Positions 54,301 to 62,583 of a stretch of DNA of 64,000 nucleotides are shown here, piece by piece (within the stretch, counting starts at the first letter, position 1; each line of letters starts with the position of its first letter). The position numbers and the translations under genes were made by a program. Source of the DNA: Parcubacteria group bacterium. Lineage in GTDB: Bacteria; Patescibacteriota; Minisyncoccia; Moranbacterales; UBA11712. The notes under the pieces were generated by a model, which worked only from the letters and a program-made list of their open reading frames with translations, was not told the DNA's origin and did not search any database. The stretch lies in NCBI GenBank assembly GCA_041659065.1, contig JBAZYY010000005.1:974-64973 (forward strand), in the 5' to 3' direction.

Positions 54301-54375
54301 ACTCAGGACGGAATTCTGAAAGTGCTGGAAGGCATAACCAGCCTCGAAGAAATTGGCCGAGTCACGGAAGAATAA
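51334..54375 (+). CDS. Tandem-duplicated (double) GspE/PilB-type secretion ATPase with N-terminal GspE-N domain
   Basis: There are two complete N1+ATPase units. The first has Walker A LNTGPTGSGKTTT (about 52264), VEDPIE, ILVGEIRD, GHLVLSTLHTN and CPHC...CSKCHGLGYKGR. The second has LNTGPTGSGKSTT (about 53608), VEDPIE, IMMIGEIRD, GHLVLSTLHTNN and CPDC...CEKCNRIGYKGR. Both end ...LEE(V/I)(Q/G)RVT(G)E. Confidence 0.85.
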   Translation: MANKNGPNPALHGAHEEDVQRVLAKMKHESEEQQAANLAGSLGIPYVDLNIFPIDPETLRTIPKEKALEHQIVCIQKFGKNISVALANPADELAAKYLEQLEKSEGYKIKIYVCSSTGLQKTVERYKHIALSENLEELRLTLSGSDLEEFEKNLKDVIDLQKRINEIPTTEVINIVMAGAVKMEASDIHFEPQAEGIRLRFRLDGVLQNISILPSSVYHYILSRVKVLSGMKINIRDISQDGHFSINLEGNEIDVRVSILPGNYGENIVMRLLNQAVVALKFDDLGLKGLAYDKLREEIKKPNGMVLNTGPTGSGKTTTLYAIINQLNSPEVKIITVEDPIEYKIKDISQTQVSRSRGYTFANALRAIVRQDPDVILVGEIRDDETASIALHASLTGHLVLSTLHTNSAIETIPRLIDMGVKPSLLPAAVNAFIAQRLVRKLCPHCREEYAPARETVESVKKILAVISPKAKLTIPKEINKFYRAGGCSKCHGLGYKGRVGIFEIFTLTEEISKRVTEMAPEAEILSLALEAGMITMLQDGILKALDGVTSLEEVQRVTGEGKFLEELYEKIISQLLLRSIVITVDDGTEIETLKSDLPKLRELVKASPPEKSLRLILAGGLKLAAGDIHIEPEEESVKIRYRIDGILQDAAEIPITEYPQLLGNLKILSGFKASDTEQGVRDSRFGISLEEGAMPEIKEREIDVRISIILGGYGETVVMRLLNQSAQALEIEKLGIRQQTLDKILNKIRKPNGIILNTGPTGSGKSTTLYSILSILNKPGVKIITVEDPIEYRLKGILQTQVDDKKGYTFPKALRALLRQNPDIMMIGEIRDGETAQIAVQAALTGHLVLSTLHTNNAAGSVQRLINMEVSSTDIASSVNAFMAQRLVRLLCPDCKKPVPLDEKTREHFTKILETISDKTGVEIPGLDKITNIYAAQGCEKCNRIGYKGRTTVSEILEVTKEMEELITRGPTTSEVEDLAIKQGMLTMTQDGILKVLEGITSLEEIGRVTEE

Positions 54376-54378
54376 ATA

Positions 54379-54545
54379 AAAAATCTCTAATCTGTAGACA
54401 AATCCCGCAACTAGGGAATCGCGGGGGCAGGAACAGTGTCGAGGAACAAGTCAGCCGAGACCGACCTGCCCAGATCTGGACAAAAAAGTTCCCAGGAAGG
54501 AAAGTTACGAGCTCCCCTTATTGTCTACAGGTTAGAGATTTTAGA
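54379..54545 (+). ncRNA. Candidate structured RNA or miniature inverted-repeat element: 22-bp closing stem enclosing about 118 nt of GC-rich sequence
   Basis: The left arm aaaaatctctaatctgtagacaa (54379-54401) pairs with the right arm ttgtctacaggttagagatttt (54520-54541), with one G-U. The interior is about 60% GC versus about 40% background. It contains local stems CCCGC/GCGGG and GGCAGG/CCTGCC. The strand is uncertain. Confidence 0.3.
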
Positions 54546-54722
54546 GCAAACTGAAATTTTTCTACTATCAGCTTGACTGGATAGATTAGCACAAGCTGAT
54601 TTTTTTGTCAATATCGGCTTTTTTTGCTAAGATACCCCCACAGGAAGACTTCCTCTTTCATGAACAATCCACCATCTTTTTGGTAAAGTCACGTTGGAGC
54701 GAGATAATTCATAAATATTCTC

Positions 54723-55730
54723 ATGATCACCTCAACTTCCGAAAAAACCGAAGATACAAAGCTTGATGCCACTCTTCGCCCGCAAAGTTTCCCCGAATAT
54801 GTCGGGCAGCAGCAAATAAAGAAAAACTTGGGAATTTTGATCGAGGCCGCTAAAAAAAGGTCCGAACCGATTGAACACGTTTTGCTTTACGGACCCGCCG
54901 GACTTGGAAAAACAACTCTCGCCCACATTATCGCGAATGAAATGAAGGCAAGTATTCGGGCGACATCCGGACCTGCCATTGAGAAGGTAGGCGATCTTGG
55001 CTCAATTTTGACCAACCTTAGTGACGGAGATATTCTTTTTATTGATGAAATTCACCGCCTGAACAAGCTTATTGAAGAAGTGCTCTACCCCGCTATGGAA
55101 GATTTCAAACTCGACATAATTATCGGCAAAGGCCCATCTGCCAAAACTTTGCAACTTGATCTACCTCGCTTTACTCTCATTGGAGCCACCACCCGCTTAG
55201 GTTCAATTTCTTCTCCTCTCCGCAACCGCTTCGGAGTTATCCATCGCCTTGATTTCTACGGAAACGAGGATATGGAAAAAATAATCCACCGCTCGTCAAA
55301 CATTCTTTCTGTGCCAATTGATAGCGCGGGAGCTAAAATTATCTCCAAATGCAGCCGCAGCACTCCGCGCGTAGGCAACCGCCTCCTGAAACGTGTCCGC
55401 GATTTCACTCAGGTTGAAAACTGTGATCTGATCACCGAAGACCTTTCGAGGCGCGCGCTCAAAATGCTTGAGATTGACGAGCTCGGGCTTGAACCCACGG
55501 ACAGAAGAATCCTCCTTACGATGATTGAAAAATTCGACGGGGGACCAGTAGGAATCCAGACTCTGGCGGCAGCTACTTCCGAAGAAGTTGAGACAATTGA
55601 AGACGTATACGAACCCTATCTTATGCAGTTAGGTTTCCTAGCCAGGACTCCTCGTGGCAGAGTCGTAACCGAGTTAGCTTACAAACATCTCAACTTGCCT
55701 TATAATAAGAATCAGGCAAAGCTAATCTGA
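54723..55730 (+). CDS. ruvB: Holliday junction DNA helicase RuvB
   Basis: The sequence [19 protein letters not shown]...[21 protein letters not shown] matches RuvB. Walker B DEIHRL and the sensor/arginine finger regions are present. Confidence 0.9.
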   Translation: MITSTSEKTEDTKLDATLRPQSFPEYVGQQQIKKNLGILIEAAKKRSEPIEHVLLYGPAGLGKTTLAHIIANEMKASIRATSGPAIEKVGDLGSILTNLSDGDILFIDEIHRLNKLIEEVLYPAMEDFKLDIIIGKGPSAKTLQLDLPRFTLIGATTRLGSISSPLRNRFGVIHRLDFYGNEDMEKIIHRSSNILSVPIDSAGAKIISKCSRSTPRVGNRLLKRVRDFTQVENCDLITEDLSRRALKMLEIDELGLEPTDRRILLTMIEKFDGGPVGIQTLAAATSEEVETIEDVYEPYLMQLGFLARTPRGRVVTELAYKHLNLPYNKNQAKLI

Positions 55731-55757
55731 GCTGCGGCTAAATTTTAATACCCCAAA

Positions 55758-55979
55758 ATGCAGCAAATAATTTCTCTGGCCTATCTATTGCTAATTTTTG
55801 TATTCCTCGCTATGGGCGGGGCAATAATCTTTCATTTACTCTTTTACAGAATCAACCGCCATGTCGCTAGCATTATGTCAATTATTTACATCATTGGTTC
55901 CATAGCCCTTCTGATCTCAAACTTCACGATGTTCAGGGCAGTGGATTGGTACCACTTGGCTTTTAGCACGGGGCTCTAA
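55758..55979 (+). CDS. Small hypothetical membrane protein (2 TM)
   Basis: The 73-aa product has two hydrophobic helices. Confidence 0.35.
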   Translation: MQQIISLAYLLLIFVFLAMGGAIIFHLLFYRINRHVASIMSIIYIIGSIALLISNFTMFRAVDWYHLAFSTGL

Positions 55980-55994
55980 AATTAATTAGACTTT

Positions 55995-56564
55995 ATGTAC
56001 GGAGAAATTAGCTTTCCGGGGCAGCACGACAACGAGAATATTATCCTTTTTTTACGAAGACACTGGTTCATCTTTCTCAAACGTTTCCTGATTGTGCTGG
56101 CCGCGATAATCGCGCTAGGCGTGATTTATATTTTAATAAATGTCGCGACACCTAACTTAAGAGAAAGCGAATTTAACAACTTGCTTCTTTTTGGGGAAAG
56201 CCTGGCCACGCTTTTCATCTGGAATATGTTTTTTATCTTGTGGCTTGATTTCTACCTTGACGCGTGGATCGTCACGAATGAAAGAATAATCAACATTGAG
56301 CAAAAAGGTTTTTTTTCGAGAAACATTTCAGAGCTCAAGCTCACAAAAGTTCAGGATGTCACTTCCGAAATCATCGGTGTAATCCCTACGCTCTTGGATT
56401 ACGGCAATATCTACGTCCAAACCGCCGGCGAGATAGAACGCTTCACTTTTTATGAAATTCCCAACCCGAATTTCGTCAAAAACACGATCGTCCAACTTCA
56501 GGAAAAAGAAAAAAAATCCGAAGAATCCGAGCTGGGAAAAGCTATCCGGGGGGAGCTAAATTGA
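55995..56564 (+). CDS. Membrane protein with bacterial PH domain (bPH_2, YdbS/YdbT-like)
   Basis: Two TM helices are followed by the DAWIVTNERIINIEQKGFFSRNISELKLTKVQDV pattern typical of bPH_2. Confidence 0.55.
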   Translation: MYGEISFPGQHDNENIILFLRRHWFIFLKRFLIVLAAIIALGVIYILINVATPNLRESEFNNLLLFGESLATLFIWNMFFILWLDFYLDAWIVTNERIINIEQKGFFSRNISELKLTKVQDVTSEIIGVIPTLLDYGNIYVQTAGEIERFTFYEIPNPNFVKNTIVQLQEKEKKSEESELGKAIRGELN

Positions 56565-56565
56565 A

Positions 56566-57771
56566 ATGATTTTCAAACACAAACATTTCAGGCTGAACGT
56601 CGAAAGCAAAAGGGTCTTCGACGAAAACGGCAAAGAGCTGGCACTCACGGGCAACGCTTATCGTTTGCTCGTTTTTTTGTGTGACAAGAAAAACGCTACC
56701 CTCACTGACATAAACGTATTTTTTGATCCGGCCGGAGCCAAAGAATACACCGAAAACCATGTCAGGCAATACCGTTATAGGATAAATTCACTCATCGGCC
56801 ACAACGTTGTCGCGTACAAAAACAATGTTTATTCAATAGACGGCCCGATATCCACCGAGGAGAACCGGAAAAAGTGGAAAAAATTTTCCACCAAAGAAAA
56901 GGCGGTCATCCCGTTATCGGTTTTTTTGCTGATAATTTATGGCACATTTACCCTTGGTGAAAAAAAACAGGCCGCCGCCCCGGTTGCAGAGATACATTCA
57001 TCCGAGCAAACTTCGCAAGACTCCGCTCCTATGCCTCAAGACGATATGATTTTGATCCCTGCGGGCGAGTTTCTCATGGGCAGTACTGAGCAAGAGATTC
57101 TCGAGACCTGGCGCCAAAACGACGGAGGATGGGAGAAAGAGGATTATATTTCGGCGTATCCCCAACGAAAAATCACGCTCGGCGATTTTTACATCGACAA
57201 AAAGGAAGTATCAAACGGTGATTACAAAATGTTCGCCGAAGCAACCAAGCGCGCCGCTCCGTCCATGTGGGACGACTATACGCTCAATCTGTCGAACCAG
57301 CCTGTGGTCGGAGTCGACTGGAACGACGCCGATACCTATTGCCGCTGGCTTGGCAAGAGATTGCCCGCTGAAGCCGAATGGGAAAAAGCGGCGCGCGGAA
57401 CGGATGGAAGAAACTGGCCCTGGGGAAATGTTTGGGATCCGACAAAAGACAATCACGGAAATGGCACGGGCTACGGATTTGATGAAAGCGACGGCTGGGA
57501 ATATACGGCGCCCGTGGGCGCGAAACTCGGCGTGAGTCCGTATGGCGTTTTGAATATAGCAGGCAATGTTTATGAATGGACAGCCGATGATTTCAACGCC
57601 TATCCGGAAAATGACAAATACATCCCCGAAGATTCCGAAAAGGGCTTCAAGACACTGCGAGGAGGAGCCTACGACGACGGGATAAGTGAGCAACGCACGT
57701 CCACAAGATGCGGCTTCCGGAAAGATTACAAAGACGTGGATGTCGGCTTCCGCTGCGCGCGGGATAAGTAA
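56566..57771 (+). CDS. Transmembrane one-component regulator: N-terminal OmpR/PhoB-type winged-helix DNA-binding domain, TM helix, C-terminal FGE-sulfatase (SUMF1-like) domain
   Basis: The wHTH pattern is LTGNAYRLLVFLCDKKNATLTDINVFF...VRQYRYRINSLIGHNVVAYKNNVYSI. A TM helix AVIPLSVFLLIIYGTFTL follows. The FGE blocks are PAGEFLMGS, PVVGVDWNDADTYCRWLGKRLPAEAEWEKAARG, GNVYEWTADDF, LRGGAY and RCGFRKD. Confidence 0.7.
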   Translation: MIFKHKHFRLNVESKRVFDENGKELALTGNAYRLLVFLCDKKNATLTDINVFFDPAGAKEYTENHVRQYRYRINSLIGHNVVAYKNNVYSIDGPISTEENRKKWKKFSTKEKAVIPLSVFLLIIYGTFTLGEKKQAAAPVAEIHSSEQTSQDSAPMPQDDMILIPAGEFLMGSTEQEILETWRQNDGGWEKEDYISAYPQRKITLGDFYIDKKEVSNGDYKMFAEATKRAAPSMWDDYTLNLSNQPVVGVDWNDADTYCRWLGKRLPAEAEWEKAARGTDGRNWPWGNVWDPTKDNHGNGTGYGFDESDGWEYTAPVGAKLGVSPYGVLNIAGNVYEWTADDFNAYPENDKYIPEDSEKGFKTLRGGAYDDGISEQRTSTRCGFRKDYKDVDVGFRCARDK

Positions 57772-57878
57772 ATTTACAGGTGTCGGGCACCTGCAAAACT
57801 CTTAAAAAGATCGTAATACGAATTTATTACGGTCTTTTTTATATAATGTGCGTGTAATTTATTTTTTAATGAAAAACC

Positions 57879-60428
57879 ATGCACAACAAAAAATTATCTT
57901 CTCTCGTGGCTATTTTTGCAGCCGCAATCGCCGTTTTTTTCGCTATAAATTCCGCCTGCGCAACAGACAGTGATCTGACCATAACTGAAATAATGTATAA
58001 TCCCGTTGAGAATTCAACCGGCGAAAAAACAGAGTGGCTTGAACTTTATACTAAGGCTGATTTGTATATCGACCCGAAATCAACAAGTTGCACGGTAAAT
58101 TGCCAACTGAAAGATTTTTATGTTTGCACAAAAAAGGGCTGTGCCACCTCATATGTTTCGCCGATATATTTATCCGCTGAAGAAAACAACCTGGATATTA
58201 CGCACGGAGAATTTATTATCTTGGCAAAAGATCCAGAAATATTTCGTAAAACCTATCCGGAGAAAAGCGGCTTACCGATAATCAGGGCGGGATCAAATTT
58301 CAATCTCCTTGAAGATGAAAACGGGTTTATTGCAATCAGTAAGGATAATAAATCATCTTGGATTGAAGAAATTGAATATGGAAAATATAATTTGCAGGCT
58401 TCCGCTGGTCTGTCTATTGAAAAAATGAAATTAGACGACGAAAATGAGGGCAAAAATTGGCAAAAAAGTTGCAATTCCGGCGGATCACCCGGAGAAAAAC
58501 CCAAAGAATGCGAAACTGACCCCGCGCTCCCGATCCCAGTTCCTGAACCGGCAGATCTCGATGATCAAACTGAGGATCCTGCTCTGCCAAGTGCCGAAGA
58601 TTCCGATGACATTCCAGTTGGTTCGCCGGAAATAGTTTATTCGAAAAACCTCAAGCTATCCGAAGTCCTTCCGAATCCTTCGGCTAATGAAGATACTGGT
58701 GAGTTCACGGAAATATATAATTCCGATCCAAAGGAAATTATTGAATTATCCGGATGGAAGCTCGAAGACAAAAGCGGAAATTCCTATCCTCTTCCTGACA
58801 TTCCGCTGAAACCCGGCGAATATCACGCCTTTTACAGAAATAATTCCAAATTTTCACTGAATAACACCGGCAGCGAGGACGTTTTTCTGAAAAATCCGGA
58901 CGGCGAAATTGTCGACCACATCTCCTATTCCGGAACCGCAAAAGAAAATTCCGCATATGCACTCAAAGACGGCGAATTCCAATGGACTTCCACCCCGACT
59001 CCCGGAGCAGAAAATATGGTTGAATCAGATTCAAAAACAAATAGCCCGGTTGAAAATAAAGTCGCGGCAGAAGATGAAGATGAAAAAAATTTCTTGAACA
59101 TTGAGGGAATCCATCTCAGTGAGATCCTCCCCAATCCTAAAAAAGGATCTGATGAATATATTGAAATCGCGAACAGCGGAAAAGAACCGACGAATCTCGC
59201 TGGCTGGCGCGTCAAAGACGCTTCCAAAAGTAAAGGTTATCAATTTAAAGAATCAACCGTTATAAACCCCGGCGATTATCTTGTTATTTATCGCCTCGAT
59301 TCAAAAATAACGCTCAATAATTCGGGTGAGTCGGTATATTTGTACAATCCGAAAGGTGAAATCGTCTCAAGCGTTTCGTTTGATAAATCTTCGAAAAATT
59401 CTTCGTACAACTTCGATGGCGGAGAGTGGAAATGGAGTAAATATCTCACTCCCGGAAAAGAAAACAAATTCGATTCGGAGCCTTCAGTAAAAGTCACCAA
59501 ACCGAAGCATGCTTACAAAGACCTTCCTACCGAGTTTTCTGCCAAAGCTAAAGATAAGGAGACAAAAAAACTAAAATACGCTTGGGATTTCGGCGATGGA
59601 AAGAAAAGCTATCTCAAATCTGCCTCGCACAAATATCTTGATACGGGAAAATACACGGTCACACTTTCAGTCGCAGACGAATCGCAGACCGTCGAAAAAA
59701 GTTTCGTCGTCACTGTGAAAAAATATCCCCGCCCAGACCTTGAAATCGTGAGACTCGTTCCCAACCCCTCAGGTAAAGATGAAGGAGGAGAAATTATCGA
59801 TATAAAGAATAACTCCAGCAAAAAAGTGGATATGAAAAGTTGGAAAATCGCGACGGGCCCGGGCGGAAAAATGTACAACCACCCGATCAGCGGCGAATTG
59901 TCCATCATCCCGGGCGAAACCAAAACTGTCACGCGGGAATTTTCCAAATTCTCCCTCAACAACAAGGCTGGGGAAGTGCAGATAGTGATGCCAGACGGAA
60001 AAATTGTCGATGATGTCGAATACATGAAAGACCCGCCCGACTCGCTTCACGATTCGAAACGGGCGGAAAAAATCGCCGAGGATGAAGCCTACGCGAAAAT
60101 CAACGGGCAGTGGCAATGGCTCACAAATAATGTGATGGAGGCTAGCGAGAATACTGATACAGAAACCGAATTCGTCGACGATCCCACCGGTGAAATCGAA
60201 GCCGCAGCAGAAGAAAATAGTGAAAACAACGATGAAGATGGAGAAGTTTTGGGAGCCGTAAATAAAAACATTCCAATTCTTGCTCCGAAAATGAATAATT
60301 ACACTTCTGAAGACGCTTATATATTTTTGAGCAAGATTGGATTTATTAGACCCAGCAGGGAATTAAATTATTGCCCGTTGAAAAACACAACCGCATCGCT
60401 CGAATATATTCTTATTTCTTCAATCTGA
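57879..60428 (+). CDS. Exported multi-domain surface protein with repeated lamin-tail domains (LTD) and a PKD domain
   Basis: A signal peptide is followed by at least four LTD-like units (LTITEIMYNP..EWLELY, LSEVLPNP..EFTEIYN..LSGWKLED, LSEILPNP..EYIEIAN..LAGWRVKD, IVRLVPNP..IIDIKN..MKSWKI). A PKD motif KYAWDFGDGKK...KYTVTLSV is also present. Confidence 0.7.
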   Translation: MHNKKLSSLVAIFAAAIAVFFAINSACATDSDLTITEIMYNPVENSTGEKTEWLELYTKADLYIDPKSTSCTVNCQLKDFYVCTKKGCATSYVSPIYLSAEENNLDITHGEFIILAKDPEIFRKTYPEKSGLPIIRAGSNFNLLEDENGFIAISKDNKSSWIEEIEYGKYNLQASAGLSIEKMKLDDENEGKNWQKSCNSGGSPGEKPKECETDPALPIPVPEPADLDDQTEDPALPSAEDSDDIPVGSPEIVYSKNLKLSEVLPNPSANEDTGEFTEIYNSDPKEIIELSGWKLEDKSGNSYPLPDIPLKPGEYHAFYRNNSKFSLNNTGSEDVFLKNPDGEIVDHISYSGTAKENSAYALKDGEFQWTSTPTPGAENMVESDSKTNSPVENKVAAEDEDEKNFLNIEGIHLSEILPNPKKGSDEYIEIANSGKEPTNLAGWRVKDASKSKGYQFKESTVINPGDYLVIYRLDSKITLNNSGESVYLYNPKGEIVSSVSFDKSSKNSSYNFDGGEWKWSKYLTPGKENKFDSEPSVKVTKPKHAYKDLPTEFSAKAKDKETKKLKYAWDFGDGKKSYLKSASHKYLDTGKYTVTLSVADESQTVEKSFVVTVKKYPRPDLEIVRLVPNPSGKDEGGEIIDIKNNSSKKVDMKSWKIATGPGGKMYNHPISGELSIIPGETKTVTREFSKFSLNNKAGEVQIVMPDGKIVDDVEYMKDPPDSLHDSKRAEKIAEDEAYAKINGQWQWLTNNVMEASENTDTETEFVDDPTGEIEAAAEENSENNDEDGEVLGAVNKNIPILAPKMNNYTSEDAYIFLSKIGFIRPSRELNYCPLKNTTASLEYILISSI

Positions 60429-60571
60429 AAAAACTGATTACACTAACTTAAGGTACCAATTTGGCACCTCAAAGAAAATATAAACTGCCAGAACTTGATA
60501 TGCCAAATTGGAATATCAAGTTTCAAGGTCACAAATTGTAATCTTGAACGATAAATATTAAGAAATACAAA

Positions 60572-61096
60572 ATGAAAAACATTATCGTACCAAGTGAATT
60601 AATCGAAAATCGTATCTTCTTGATCCGAGGAAAAAAAGTAATGTTCGACAGGGACTTGGCGAGACTTTACGGTGTCCCCACCAAAGTTCTTAATCAATCC
60701 GTAAGTAGAAATATAGCACGATTTCCCGAAGATTTTATGTTTCAATTATCAAAGCAGGAAACTAATATTTGGAGGTCACAAATTGTGACCTCCAAGAGTG
60801 CTGCCAAGGGATTGCGGAGAAGTCCTTATGTTTTCACCGAGCAGGGCGTAGCGATGCTTTCATCAGTTCTAAAAAGCAAACAGGCGATCCGGGTCAACAT
60901 CCAGATCATGCGGACATTCACAAAAATCCGCGAGATGATTGTGAGCAACAAAACTTTGCGTGAAACAATTGAAGCTATGGAGCGAAAACATGACAGTAAA
61001 TTCAAAGTCATCTTTGATGTAATCAAGCACCTTATTGAAAAAGATAAAATAGACCCAACAAAAATCATCGGCTTTCGGGACAGAAAGAAAAAATAA
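60572..61096 (+). CDS. ORF6N-domain protein (phage/RhuM-associated putative DNA-binding protein)
   Basis: The product has an N-terminal SELIENRIFLIRGKKVMFDRDLARLYGV...NQSVSRNIARFPEDFMFQLSKQE ORF6N-like pattern. A perfect 23-bp palindrome lies inside the gene at 60773-60795. Confidence 0.55.
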   Translation: MKNIIVPSELIENRIFLIRGKKVMFDRDLARLYGVPTKVLNQSVSRNIARFPEDFMFQLSKQETNIWRSQIVTSKSAAKGLRRSPYVFTEQGVAMLSSVLKSKQAIRVNIQIMRTFTKIREMIVSNKTLRETIEAMERKHDSKFKVIFDVIKHLIEKDKIDPTKIIGFRDRKKK

Positions 61097-61181
61097 CTTG
61101 TCATTCCGAAGCTTTAGCGAAGGATGAAAAAACCCGAGCGATCGCAATGAACCGCTCGGGGGAAATTTATTCTCAGGGTTT

Positions 61182-61631
61182 TTAGCAAGACTGGATATGC
61201 CGATAGGATGATTTTCTCCTCGGTTTTTTCCTGGCAATTCTCCTCGAGATTGCCTTCCAAATTATCATGGCAAGCGGATTTACCTGATTCCCACCGACAT
61301 CATTCAGTACACAGTTGAATTTACTCACCAGGTTGCCGAAGAATGTGGAGCCGAAATCAACTGAGCATTTTCCTTTGCGCCACCTCTCAAGGTTCATCTG
61401 TATTTCCATGATGAACGAAATTCCGCTCTCGAGGCAGCTAAACTGCATCTTGATTTCTCTGCATTGCTCCCTGAAAGAGCTGGGATCTTCACCTCGATAT
61501 GCGATTGAATCATCTGTAATTTTAAGGCATTCAAATGGCGGCATATAACGAAAATCTTTTCGCACCGTTTTTACAAATTCAACCAGAATTTCCTGAACCA
61601 ATTCGGCAAAATCTCGCTCGCTCATTTCCAT
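61182..61631 (-). CDS. Hypothetical protein
   Basis: The 149-aa product has no recognisable motif. Confidence 0.35.
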   Translation of the reverse strand: MEMSERDFAELVQEILVEFVKTVRKDFRYMPPFECLKITDDSIAYRGEDPSSFREQCREIKMQFSCLESGISFIMEIQMNLERWRKGKCSVDFGSTFFGNLVSKFNCVLNDVGGNQVNPLAMIIWKAISRRIARKKPRRKSSYRHIQSC

Positions 61632-61754
61632 AATTTTCTCCTTCTAGAAAAAGATCAATTTTCTTTCTCAAAGCCCACCAAAATGATGAGTTCATTTGAA
61701 GGGGAGTTTTTCGTGCTTTGGCGGAAAACCTCCAAAACATTAGCTTCTCCATTA

Positions 61755-62342
61755 TTACTTTCCAAAATCTTTCAACCAGCCATTAAGACGATCAACTCTT
61801 TGCGATGGAACATAAGCGACAAACTTGTTGGGAAATTTACCAGTCATCATAATAATGCCTGGATTCATTGGATGAGCAAAAACAAAGACTATTTTCCCTG
61901 CAGCAATAAGCACCCCGGCGATGATTTCGCTCCACTTATGATATTCCGAGGAAAAACTGTAAGGGATAGCCATGCAGACTACGTCTGCTTCGGGAAGATT
62001 GTCTTCAATCAACATAGTTGTATATGGATCCGCATTTATTCCGCATATCTCTTCTCTTTTTTCGGACGAGGTGTAAACTCTTTTTGCTCGCTTAGCCATT
62101 AGTGCTAAGATTTCCTCTTGGATAAGATCGCTGTGATCCAAAAAGATCATACTGTATTCCTCCTCTTTTAAGAGGGACGAGAGCAGTTTTCTCTGATCAA
62201 CCCCCTTGTTCCAATTCAGACCAACAATTCTATGCTCGTTTGTTTTGCATAAACTTAGTGAGGAGTCACAGGACCCTTCGTTTTTGACAGAATTGCGCAT
62301 AAAAGCATCTACAGTCTGAATAATTTCTCCCAGCATTAACAT
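61755..62342 (-). CDS. Hypothetical protein
   Basis: The 195-aa product has no recognisable motif. Confidence 0.35.
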   Translation of the reverse strand: MLMLGEIIQTVDAFMRNSVKNEGSCDSSLSLCKTNEHRIVGLNWNKGVDQRKLLSSLLKEEEYSMIFLDHSDLIQEEILALMAKRAKRVYTSSEKREEICGINADPYTTMLIEDNLPEADVVCMAIPYSFSSEYHKWSEIIAGVLIAAGKIVFVFAHPMNPGIIMMTGKFPNKFVAYVPSQRVDRLNGWLKDFGK

Positions 62343-62583
62343 GGTTTTTCTTCCTTCTCAAAGAGCTTGTTTTTGATTTCGATTAAGCCTCTTAAGCTTA
62401 ACAATATAGCCTATAGCTACTCGCGCATTATGTCAATATATAACGTCATATTATCAGAATATTAATATGGCCTATTTACTAATATTCTTTATTTTAAGCC
62501 TCTATTGACAATTTATTGGCTAGATGATATAATGTGAATGTTGACGAATTATATCGACATATATCCATATAACAATTCTGTTC

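Noticed and set aside
54379-54545. Calling the GC-rich element a signal recognition particle (4.5S) RNA
   Set aside because: Only short similarities (CCCGCAAC, CAGGAAGGAA) were found. The conserved domain IV hairpin with a GNRA tetraloop and the AGCAGC/GGCA loops could not be reconstructed. It is kept as an unclassified structured element.
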